A stretch of 24,000 nt of DNA, taken from the NCBI RefSeq assembly GCF_036763125.1, contig NZ_JBAIYT010000015.1, positions 1,317 through 25,316 of the forward strand, read 5' to 3'. The stretch's first letter is position 1. Each line of letters opens with the position of its first letter. The notes beneath the pieces are model-generated. The model worked only from the letters and a program-made list of their open reading frames with translations, was not told the DNA's origin and made no database searches. Below, piece by piece: positions 8,018-16,191 of this stretch. The DNA comes from Nitratidesulfovibrio sp. 1201_IL3209. GTDB taxonomy: Bacteria > Desulfobacterota > Desulfovibrionia > Desulfovibrionales > Desulfovibrionaceae. The position numbers and the translations under genes are program-made.

Positions 8018-9274
8018 TCAGCGCCCGATGTGACGGGTGAACTTGCTGCGCGCCTTGCCCTGCGCCGCCGCCGAAATGTCGATGATCTCGTCGCGCCGCG
8101 ATTCCAGCGTGGCCACCACCGCCTTGTCCAGCAGGCCCCGGCGTACGCCGTCGCGCAGCACGTCGACGATCTCGTCGCGGCGCATGCCCGCCCGGTAGGG
8201 CCGGTCCTCGGCCAGGGCGGTGCACATGTCCGCCACGGCCATGATCCGCGAGCCGATGCTCAGTCCGCCCGCCCCGATGCGGAAGGGATAGCCCGAGCCG
8301 TCGAGCTTCTCGTGGTGGAAGGCCGCCCATTCGGCGATGCCGCCAAGCCCCTTCATGGAATTGAGCACCAGGTAGGTGTGGTAGGTGTGCTGGCGCATGA
8401 CCGCGAATTCCTCGTCGGACAGGGGACCCGCCTTTTCCAGAATGGCGTTGGGCACCACCATCTTGCCGAGGTCGTGCAGGTTGCCCGCGATCTCCAGCAG
8501 GCGCGCCTCGGGCTCGGGCAGGCCGAAGGCCCGCGCCAGCGCCCCGGCCGAGGCGGAAACCCCGGCGGAATGGGTGGCGGTAAACGGGGAGCGGAAGTCG
8601 ATGATCTCGCGCACCAGCAGCGACCACATGCGCACGCCGTCCAGGTCCAGTTGCAGGCGGCGGCAGGGGTTGCGCTCGCTGAGAAAGGCGAACAGGCGCG
8701 GCGAGACGAGATTCAGCCAGAACTCGTCGCGGCCGGAAACCAGCAAGAAGGCTTCCACCACCCGGCGGTCGATGGCGCAGCCCGACATGCGGCGGATTCC
8801 GGCGGTGAGGTCGTCGTGCTGGTGCAGCACGTAGATGCGCCGGTCCATGGACCGTTCCAGCGTGTCGGCAAGCAGGACGATCTGGGCCAGCAGGCCCACG
8901 CGCGGATCCGGGCCGTGCGCCTCCAACTCCGGCAGGGTGGCGTGATGCAGGCGCACCACCTCGGCGGCCTCGGCCAGGCCCGGCCCCTGGGCCAGCAGCC
9001 CCGCGCCCACGGCGCAGTGCTCGTCCATGTTCTCCACGCGCGAGGCGCGCACGTCCAGCTTGTCTTCCGGCGACAGCGCGCCCACGTCGTGCAGCAGCGA
9101 TGCGATGAACAGCGTTTCCTTGTCCTTCTGCGGCAGGTCCAGCGCCTCCGCCAGTTCCCATGCCACGAAGGCGACCCGCAACTGATGCTGCGACAACGAA
9201 GGGCTCGCAAGGTCGAGCGCCTCCGAAATGGACAACAGCATGTCCGACAGGTCCACCGTAATCCCCGAATACAT
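8018..9274 (-). CDS. HD domain / HD-GYP-type phosphohydrolase
   Basis: N-terminal HD segment (LFIASLLHDVGAL) and C-terminal HD-GYP segment (LLEIAGNLHDLGKMVVPNAIL, FHHEKLDGSGYPFRIG, IMAVADMCTALAEDRPYR). Confidence 0.88.
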   Translation of the reverse strand: MYSGITVDLSDMLLSISEALDLASPSLSQHQLRVAFVAWELAEALDLPQKDKETLFIASLLHDVGALSPEDKLDVRASRVENMDEHCAVGAGLLAQGPGLAEAAEVVRLHHATLPELEAHGPDPRVGLLAQIVLLADTLERSMDRRIYVLHQHDDLTAGIRRMSGCAIDRRVVEAFLLVSGRDEFWLNLVSPRLFAFLSERNPCRRLQLDLDGVRMWSLLVREIIDFRSPFTATHSAGVSASAGALARAFGLPEPEARLLEIAGNLHDLGKMVVPNAILEKAGPLSDEEFAVMRQHTYHTYLVLNSMKGLGGIAEWAAFHHEKLDGSGYPFRIGAGGLSIGSRIMAVADMCTALAEDRPYRAGMRRDEIVDVLRDGVRRGLLDKAVVATLESRRDEIIDISAAAQGKARSKFTRHIGR

Positions 9275-9382
9275 GGTCCCCCCGGCACTGTCCCGGCAAC
9301 ACGGGGCCACTCGGACCCCGTTGCGCATGCGCCCGCCGCGTCACGATCCCCGATGGCGGCCGACAACATTGATGGTCATATA

Positions 9383-9411
9383 CTTTATCGGCGAGCAAAT
9401 GGCGGTGTCAA
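9383..9411 (-). promoter_or_regulatory. Candidate sigma70-like promoter upstream of the HD-GYP gene
   Basis: On the minus strand TTGACA-N17-ATAAAG within a locally AT-rich stretch. Confidence 0.35.
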
Positions 9412-9468
9412 CAAGCAAATGACGATGTACCGGATTCATCGCACCCCGGCCGGGAACGGCAATGAAGA

Positions 9469-9496
9469 GGGGCCGGAAGCTGTCGCTTCCGGCCCC
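9469..9496 (-). terminator. Terminator-like hairpin downstream of gltX
   Basis: GGGGCCGGAAG-N6-CTTCCGGCCCC, perfect 11-bp stem; on the minus strand followed by TCTTCATT. Confidence 0.6.
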
Positions 9497-9533
9497 GTTG
9501 CAGGCGCGATTTCATTGCCGGTGCGGCGGGTTT

Positions 9534-10928
9534 CTAGCCCAGCGTTGCCGCCCGGTCGAGCCTGGCCAGGGTTTCGGCCCGGCCCAGCACTTCCATGATC
9601 TCGGGCAGGCCGGGGCCGCCCAGCGAGCCCGCCAGGGCCACACGCAGCGGCGGCCCCACCTGCTTGAACTTCAGGCCGCCCTGCTCCACATAGTCGTGCA
9701 CCACCTTTTCCAGCGCGGCCTTGTCGAAGGGCTCGGCCTTTTCCAGCAGCCCGCGCAGGGCCGCCACGTGGGCCTTGCCCTCGGCGGTCAGGGCCTTGGC
9801 CACGGCGGCGGGGTCGTGGTCCAGCGCGGCGGCGTCCACCAGCATGAAGCGCATCACCTTGGCGAGGTCGGCCAGGTTCGAGGCGCGCTCGCGGAACAGG
9901 GGCGCCAGCGCGGCCAGCCGTTCCGGGGCCGCGTCGAAGCCTTCCGCCTTCACGAAGGGCGCGGCCAGGCGGGCCAGTTCGTCCACCGGGGTCTCGCGCA
10001 GGTAGTGGGCGTTCAGCCACTGCAACTTGTCCGGGTCGAAGGCGGCGGGGGCGCTGTTCAGGTTGTCGGTGGTGAACTTTTCCACCAGTTCCGGCAGCGC
10101 GAAGATTTCCTGATCGCCGAACGACCAGCCTAGGCGCACCAGATAGTTCACCAGCGCCTGGGGCAGCAGGCCGTCCTGCTCGTACTCGATGACCGCGCGC
10201 GCGCCGTGGCGCTTGGACAGCTTCTTCTTGTCCGGACCAAGGATCATGGGCACGTGGCCGAACACCGGCAACGGCAGCCCCAGGGCCTGGTAGATCAGCA
10301 CCTGCTTGGGCGTGTTGGACACGTGGTCGTCGCCGCGCAGCACGTGGGTGACGCCCATGGCGGCGTCGTCCACCACCACGGCCATGTTGTAGGTGGGCGT
10401 GCCGTCGGCCCGGCGCAGCACCATGTCGTCCAGTTCCGCCGCGTCGAAGGCCAGGGCGCCCTTCACCACGTCCTCGAACACCACGCGGCCGGTCAGCGGG
10501 GCCTTCAGCCGCACCACCCGGCCGGGGCCGGGGCCAAGGCCCCGCTCGCGGCAGCGCCCGTCGTACTTGGGCTTCAGGCCGCGCGCCCGCGCCGTTTCGC
10601 GCATCTGCTCCACCTCTTCGGGCGAACATTCGCACCAGTAGGCGTGGCCGGTTTCCAGCATGCGGTCGATGTAGCCGTTGTAGATGTCGAAGCGCCTGCT
10701 CTGGTAGATGGGCTCGCCGTCCCAGTCCAGGCCCAGCCAGCGCATGGAGGCCAGGATGGAGTCGGTGTACTCCTGCAGCGAGCGCTCCTGGTCGGTGTCC
10801 TCGATGCGCAGCAGAAAGGTGCCGCCGAAGTGGCGGGCCAGCAGCCAGTTGAAGATGGCGGTGCGCGCCCCGCCGATGTGCAGGTGCCCGGTGGGGCTCG
10901 GCGCGAAGCGCGTGACGACCTTGGTCAT
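9534..10928 (-). CDS. gltX: Glutamyl-tRNA synthetase
   Basis: MTKVVTRFAPSPTGHLHIGGARTAIFNWLLAR (HIGH-type motif) and KKLSKRHGA (KMSKS-type motif). Confidence 0.97.
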   Translation of the reverse strand: MTKVVTRFAPSPTGHLHIGGARTAIFNWLLARHFGGTFLLRIEDTDQERSLQEYTDSILASMRWLGLDWDGEPIYQSRRFDIYNGYIDRMLETGHAYWCECSPEEVEQMRETARARGLKPKYDGRCRERGLGPGPGRVVRLKAPLTGRVVFEDVVKGALAFDAAELDDMVLRRADGTPTYNMAVVVDDAAMGVTHVLRGDDHVSNTPKQVLIYQALGLPLPVFGHVPMILGPDKKKLSKRHGARAVIEYEQDGLLPQALVNYLVRLGWSFGDQEIFALPELVEKFTTDNLNSAPAAFDPDKLQWLNAHYLRETPVDELARLAAPFVKAEGFDAAPERLAALAPLFRERASNLADLAKVMRFMLVDAAALDHDPAAVAKALTAEGKAHVAALRGLLEKAEPFDKAALEKVVHDYVEQGGLKFKQVGPPLRVALAGSLGGPGLPEIMEVLGRAETLARLDRAATLG

Positions 10929-11020
10929 GATGTTCTCCCCGTTCTTCGGGTATCGTTGATGGCGTGGGATGCCGCACGCGCGGCCGGGAAGACGAAAGGA
11001 ACGGGAGCGCGGCGCGGAGG

Positions 11021-11254
11021 CTACACGGCCTCGACGCACTTCACCTCGGGCACTTCCTTCAACACCATGCGTTCCACGCCGCCCTTCAGGGTCTGCTGCG
11101 ACATGGGACAGCCCTTGCACGCGCCGGTCAGGCGCACGCGGACCACGCCGTCGGCGGTGATGTCCACCAGTTCGACGTCGCCTCCGTCGCCTTGGAGATA
11201 GGGACGGACCTTGTCGAGGGCGGCCTGCACCCTTTCGCGGATGGCATCGGACAT
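11021..11254 (-). CDS. NifU-like C-terminal domain protein (Nfu-type Fe-S scaffold), 77 aa
   Basis: IRERVQAALDKVRPYLQGDGGDVELVDITADGVVRVRLTGACKGCPMSQQTLKGGVERMV with CXXC. Confidence 0.9.
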   Translation of the reverse strand: MSDAIRERVQAALDKVRPYLQGDGGDVELVDITADGVVRVRLTGACKGCPMSQQTLKGGVERMVLKEVPEVKCVEAV

Positions 11255-11445
11255 GGAAACCTCCTGAAGTTTCCCCACGGGGGGCGGATGGCGCGCCCCG
11301 CAGGGGCGGCGGACGCCGCGCCCTTCTACTGCCTTCGGCGGCGGGGTGTCAAACCACGGGCGGGGTTGGCGCGGCCATGCGGAATCCGGGCACCGCCGCA
11401 TGCCGGGGGTGCGGGGGACGCCGGAGGCGCACGAAAGACTCCGTC

Positions 11446-12345
11446 CTAGGCCGGGGCCACGTCCACCGCGAACTTCTTCAAAAAGCCCACGGGATTGTAG
11501 CTTTCCTTGGCCTGCCGCAGGCCCATGTCGTCCAGGTCCTGCTCGCGGTTGATGTACCGGAAGCTCATGGCGTGCTCGCGCGCGTACAGGTTGTTGATGG
11601 CCTGGTACACGCCGCGATACTCCGGCTTGGCCTTCTCGAAGTGCACCACCAGGGTCTCGTCGTCCAGCCGTTCGCCCACGGTGTAGGCGATCATCTTCCC
11701 GTCCACGTACAGCGCCCCGCCGGAAAGCCCGGGAATCCTGTCCCAGTGCTCCAGCACCCTGCGCACGGCGGTGTTCTCCGCCACCAGCGCGTGCGATTCG
11801 TCGCACTCGCGCCACTTGCACCATTCCTCCTGCATGTCCAGAACCGCCTCGATGCAGTCCGGCGTCATGGGGTGGTACTCGTGCGGATAGGCCTTCAGAA
11901 AGCCGTTCACGTGGTTCTTCTTCTTGTGGAACCTGTTGCCCTTCAGTTCCGCCAGATCCTGCGCGGCATACAGGTAGTCCCACTGGCCGCGCGCCTCGGC
12001 CAGCGCCACCCGGTCGCCCAGGGTCCGCTGCCAGTGCGCGGCCAGCGACTCGGGCACGCGGATGAACCGGGCGCCCGCGCCCAGCAGCGCGCACCGGCTC
12101 CAGTCCGCATCCAGCCACGGCCCCACGGGCGCCCACCATACGGGTTCCGGCCTGGTCTGGCGCAGCCAGCACAACCCGTGCGCAAAGGTCCATTCCAGGC
12201 CGTAGTATTCGGCCCAGCCCCAGACGTTGGTGAAACTGTAGTCCGACGCGCGCTGCGGCGTGCGGGCGAAAAGGTCGAGGTACTCGGCCATGCGGTCGAG
12301 CGAGACGGGCCGGAACTCTCCGGGGGTCAACTCACTGTCGGTCAT
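11446..12345 (-). CDS. DUF2156-like (GNAT-fold / phosphatidylglycerol lysyltransferase C-domain-like) protein
   Basis: FRPVSLDRMAEYLDLFARTPQRASDYSFTNVWGW..., HFEKAKPEYRGVYQAINNLYA, YINREQDLDDMGLRQAKESYNP. Confidence 0.75.
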   Translation of the reverse strand: MTDSELTPGEFRPVSLDRMAEYLDLFARTPQRASDYSFTNVWGWAEYYGLEWTFAHGLCWLRQTRPEPVWWAPVGPWLDADWSRCALLGAGARFIRVPESLAAHWQRTLGDRVALAEARGQWDYLYAAQDLAELKGNRFHKKKNHVNGFLKAYPHEYHPMTPDCIEAVLDMQEEWCKWRECDESHALVAENTAVRRVLEHWDRIPGLSGGALYVDGKMIAYTVGERLDDETLVVHFEKAKPEYRGVYQAINNLYAREHAMSFRYINREQDLDDMGLRQAKESYNPVGFLKKFAVDVAPA

Positions 12346-13753
12346 GCGAGGCAACTCCTTGTGGCGCGGCCTTGCGGCCGTTGCGCCGGATCATGCTGAA
12401 CCGGCTCCAGTCACGCGTGCAGAACAGCCACAGCATGACCGAAGACTGGAACACCTGGGAAACGAACATGGCGAGGAATATCCCCGCCGCATCCCGCCAC
12501 ACCACGTGGCCCATGACCCATGCCAGCGGCAGCCGCACGAACCACGTGGCCGAACCGTACACCAGGAAGGAATACAGGGTGGCGCCCGCGCCGGTCATGA
12601 CCCCGCCAAGGGTCATGCTGGCCACGGTGAAGGGGATGGAGACGAGGTTGTAGCGCAGATAGCTGACCACCTGGACGGCCACGGCGGGTTCCGGGGCCAG
12701 CCAGGCGGCGATGTCGGCCGTCCAGGGCCAGAGCAGCACGGCGAACACGCTCATGGAGGCGCAGCCGATGCCCAGCAGGCGCAGGCTGACCCGGAAGGCT
12801 TCCGGCTTGCGGCCCGCGCCCAGCAGATGGCCCACCAGCACCGAGGCGGTCATGTTGAAGGCCAGCGCTGGCAGGAAGATGAACGATTCCACGCGCATGC
12901 CCGCCGTCATGCCCGCCAGGGCGGCCACGCTGCCCGCGGGCAGCGAGGCGGTGATGGAAAACAGCACCAGGTAGCCGAGGTTCCACATGATCTGGAGCCC
13001 GGCGGCGGGCGCGGCCACGCGGATGAGATAGGGCGCGCCGCGCCGCATCCAGCGCAGGGGAGGGAACGAGGCGCGTTGCAGCAGTTCCCGGTCGCGGACC
13101 AGCATGCCCACGTTCAGCGCGGCCCCGATCATGATGGCGACGAAGGTGGCCCAGGCCACCCCGGCATACCCGTAGGCGGGCAGGCCCCACAGCCCGAGGC
13201 CGAAGCCCAGGGTGGCCCCGGCGTTGACGGCGCAGACCACCACCATGGACACCAGCGGCGCGATCATGCGCTTGCGGGCGCGGAACACCGCCCCGGTGAT
13301 GGTGAACAGGTAGTTGGCGGGCAGGCCCAGCAGGTACACCTTCCAGAAGTAGGAGGCCACCGGCATGATGGGCTCGGGCACCTGCAACAGGCGCAGGAAG
13401 GGCTCGATGGTGGCTAGGCCCAGCAGCATGATGCCCACGCCCACCGTGCACCCGCCCGCCAGCACCATGCCCGCGTAGCGGCGCGCGCGCGGCAGCAGGC
13501 CCGCCCCCAGCGCCTGGCTGATGGCGGCAACCCCGGCGTTGGCACCGGCCACGGCCACCACCAGCAGAAAGAACAGACACTGCGAGACGAGGCCGATGGC
13601 GGCCTGCACCTCCGGCTGGATGCGGCCCGCCACCCAGACGTCGGTGAACCCGATGAGGAAATGGAAGACCATCATCAGCATCTGGGGCCATGTCAGCCGC
13701 CAGATGCCGCGATAGGAAGCGTCGTCGCCCTGCGGGCGCGCGTGCTGCGACAT
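12332..13753 (-). CDS. MATE family efflux transporter
   Basis: Polytopic protein with MATE-like WPQMLMMVFHFLIGFTDVWVAGRI and a second-half repeat ALAFNMTASVLVGHLLGAGR. Overlaps the downstream DUF2156 gene by 14 bp. Confidence 0.85.
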   Translation of the reverse strand: MSQHARPQGDDASYRGIWRLTWPQMLMMVFHFLIGFTDVWVAGRIQPEVQAAIGLVSQCLFFLLVVAVAGANAGVAAISQALGAGLLPRARRYAGMVLAGGCTVGVGIMLLGLATIEPFLRLLQVPEPIMPVASYFWKVYLLGLPANYLFTITGAVFRARKRMIAPLVSMVVVCAVNAGATLGFGLGLWGLPAYGYAGVAWATFVAIMIGAALNVGMLVRDRELLQRASFPPLRWMRRGAPYLIRVAAPAAGLQIMWNLGYLVLFSITASLPAGSVAALAGMTAGMRVESFIFLPALAFNMTASVLVGHLLGAGRKPEAFRVSLRLLGIGCASMSVFAVLLWPWTADIAAWLAPEPAVAVQVVSYLRYNLVSIPFTVASMTLGGVMTGAGATLYSFLVYGSATWFVRLPLAWVMGHVVWRDAAGIFLAMFVSQVFQSSVMLWLFCTRDWSRFSMIRRNGRKAAPQGVASHDRQ

Positions 13754-13968
13754 CTCGTGCCGTCCGTTCGGTTCGGTGGTGGGCGTCGCACCCGCCCGCA
13801 GGCATGATCCGGCGCGGGCCAGGGGATGCGGCGTGCTGGCCGTGCCCGTGGCCGGACGCGCGAATCCCGTGGCCGCACCGGAAAACCGGGGGCCGACGGG
13901 AAGGCGCGCCGCCGCGCCCGGCGCCGGTGCGTCACACCTGCCGGGCGCGGCCACGAAGAGATAGGCGC

Positions 13969-14967
13969 TTACGGCCTGCTGTCAATGACGTCGCCCGCAT
14001 GCAGGCGATGTTCGTGGCCCTGGGCGTCCACCAGGCGCAGCAGGCCGTCGGGGTCCACGTCGGCCACCAGCCCTTCCACCACGCCGTGGGGCGTGCCCAC
14101 CCGCAGGGGGGTGCCCACGATGGCGGAAAGCTCCTTCCAGCGGGCGATGACCGGGCCGGGGTCGCCCTCGCGCAGGGCGGCGTACCAGTGTTCCGCCCGC
14201 TCCAGGAAGGCGCGCAGCACGTCCACCCGCGATACCGGGCGGCCCAGTTCCGCCGCCAGCGAGGTGGCCGTGGCGCGCAGTTCTTCGGGCAGGTCCCCGG
14301 CGCTGGTGTTCACGTTGATGCCCGCGCCGGTGACCACGTGGGACACCGTGTCGGCCACCAGCGCCACCTCGGTCAGGTTGCCCGACACCTTGCGGCCGTG
14401 CAGCAGCACGTCGTTGGGCCATTTGGCGCGCGGGGCAAGGCCGGTGACCTCGGCCACCGCCTCGGCCACGGCCACGGCGGTCATCAGGGTGACCAGCGGC
14501 GCGGCCTGCGGGGCAAGGCGCGGCCGCAGCACCAGCGAGACGTACACCCCCACCCCGGCGGGCGATGCCCAGGCCCGCCCGGCGCGCCCGCGCCCGGCGG
14601 TCTGTTCGGAAGCCGCCACCACGACGCCTTCGGGCGCCCCGCCAAGGGCCAGCAGCGCGGCCTCGCGGTTAGTGGAATCGGTGGAGCCGTGCAGGACGAA
14701 ATCGCCCCGGCCGAAACAGCCGGTGCGCAGCCCCTGCCGGACGGCGGCCACGGTGAGCACGTCGGCCTCGGCCAGCAGCCGGTAGCCCCGGCGGGTCATG
14801 GCCTCGATCTGGTGCCCTTCCGCGCGCAGCGCCCGCACGTGCTTGGCCACGGCGGCCCGGCTCACGCCGAGCAGCCGCGAAAGTTCCTCTCCCGATCGCC
14901 AGTTGCCGCCCGCTTCGCGCAACATGGCGAACACACGCCCCTTCGTGGTCGTCCTGTCAGTGTCCAC
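13969..14967 (-). CDS. birA: Bifunctional biotin operon repressor / biotin-[acetyl-CoA-carboxylase] ligase
   Basis: N-terminal HTH (WRSGEELSRLLGVSRAAVAKHVRALRAEG); ligase motifs ASEQTAGRGRAGRAW and WPNDVLLHGRKVSG. GTG start at 14967; in-frame alternatives GTG 14934 and ATG 14925. Confidence 0.95.
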   Translation of the reverse strand: MDTDRTTTKGRVFAMLREAGGNWRSGEELSRLLGVSRAAVAKHVRALRAEGHQIEAMTRRGYRLLAEADVLTVAAVRQGLRTGCFGRGDFVLHGSTDSTNREAALLALGGAPEGVVVAASEQTAGRGRAGRAWASPAGVGVYVSLVLRPRLAPQAAPLVTLMTAVAVAEAVAEVTGLAPRAKWPNDVLLHGRKVSGNLTEVALVADTVSHVVTGAGINVNTSAGDLPEELRATATSLAAELGRPVSRVDVLRAFLERAEHWYAALREGDPGPVIARWKELSAIVGTPLRVGTPHGVVEGLVADVDPDGLLRLVDAQGHEHRLHAGDVIDSRP

Positions 14968-14972
14968 GGCGA

Positions 14973-15005
14973 TTGTAAACCATCAGGCAATTGCTTGGTT
15001 GACAA
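14973..15005. promoter_or_regulatory. BirA operator between birA and bioB
   Basis: TTGTAAACC-N15-GGTTGACAA, one mismatch to the classical TTGTAAACC-N15/16-GGTTTACAA palindrome. The right arm overlaps a TTGACA -35-like element for bioB. Confidence 0.92.
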
Positions 15006-15027
15006 AAAGGAACACGCCCGCTACTCG
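14999..15027 (+). promoter_or_regulatory. Candidate promoter of the biotin operon
   Basis: TTGACA-N17-TACTCG: perfect -35, weak -10, -35 embedded in the BirA operator. Confidence 0.45.
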
Positions 15028-15063
15028 CCCTGAACTGCCATTCAACAGGAGCGCTACCGGTAC

Positions 15064-16191
15064 ATGAACCCCCTGCTGGAACGTTTGCGCGCGCGCCTTT
15101 CGGACACCATTCCCCCCGGAACGGAGACTTCTTGCGCATCGCCAAGCCGCGCCCACGCGGCCAAAGGCTCCCCGTCCGGCATCACCGGAGAGGAGGCGCT
15201 GGCCGTGGCGCGGCTGCCCGCGTCCGACATCCTGGACATCCTGGCCGTGGCGCAGGCCGTGCGTTCGGCCCGCAAGGGACCGCTGGCGACCACCTGCGGC
15301 ATCGTCAACGCAAAGTCGGGCCGCTGCGGCGAGGACTGCGCCTTCTGCGCCCAGTCGTCGCACCACGACACGGGCGCTCCGGTGCATGGGCTGCTCGGCC
15401 CCGACGCACTGCTGCGCCATGCGGAGGAACTGGCCCGCGCGGGCGTGCGCCGTTTCGGCATCGTGACCAGCGGCAACGCCCTTTCGGAGCGTGAATTCGA
15501 CGCGGTCTGCCATGCGGCGCGCCTGTTGCGCGAACGGGTGGACATCGGCCTATGCGCCTCCCTGGGGCAGCTCGCCACGGGGTCCGCCGCATCGAAAGGA
15601 CCGGACGGACGGGGAGAACGAGCGCGCCGCCTGAAGGACGCAGGCATTTCCAGCTACCACCACAATCTGGAAACGGCCAGAAGTTTTTTCCCGCAGGTAT
15701 GTACCACGCACTCCTACGACGACGATGTCGCCACCGTGCGCGAGGCCGCCCGGGCGGGGTTGCGCACCTGTTGCGGCGGCATCCTGGGCCTTGGCGAAAC
15801 GTGGGAACACCGCGTGGAACTGGCTCTGACCCTGCGTGAACTGAACGTGGATTCCATACCGCTGAACTTTCTGCATCCCATTCCGGGCACACGGCTGGGC
15901 CACCGCAGTCCGTTGCCGCCCATGGAGGCGTTGCGGGCCATCGCCATATTCCGCCTGCTGCACCCGGAGCGTGACGTCCTGGTGTGCGGCGGGCGGGAAA
16001 CCACCCTGGGCCCGTGGCAGTCGTGGGTGTTCGCGGCCGGGGCCAACGGCCTGATGGTGGGCAACTACCTGACCACGGCGGGCCGCGCCCTTTGCGACGA
16101 CATGGAGATGCTGGCCGCGCTGGGCGTGGGCGGCGTTGCCGCGCCCGGCGGGACGGCCGCCGGGCCTGACGGCGGGGAGGCGCGGGCATGA
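15064..16191 (+). CDS. bioB: Biotin synthase (radical SAM), divergent auxiliary-cluster residues
   Basis: NAKSGRCGEDCAFCAQSSHHDTG (CX3CX2C), LCASLGQL, SYHHNLETARSFFP, TCCGGILGLGET and VCGGRETTLG; immediately downstream of the BirA operator. Confidence 0.95.
   Translation: MNPLLERLRARLSDTIPPGTETSCASPSRAHAAKGSPSGITGEEALAVARLPASDILDILAVAQAVRSARKGPLATTCGIVNAKSGRCGEDCAFCAQSSHHDTGAPVHGLLGPDALLRHAEELARAGVRRFGIVTSGNALSEREFDAVCHAARLLRERVDIGLCASLGQLATGSAASKGPDGRGERARRLKDAGISSYHHNLETARSFFPQVCTTHSYDDDVATVREAARAGLRTCCGGILGLGETWEHRVELALTLRELNVDSIPLNFLHPIPGTRLGHRSPLPPMEALRAIAIFRLLHPERDVLVCGGRETTLGPWQSWVFAAGANGLMVGNYLTTAGRALCDDMEMLAALGVGGVAAPGGTAAGPDGGEARA

Noticed and set aside
12260-15033. Long plus-strand ORFs (12260-13417, 13690-15033) over the MATE and birA genes
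   Set aside because: Their translations are low-complexity mirror frames; the minus strand carries the conserved MATE and BirA proteins.
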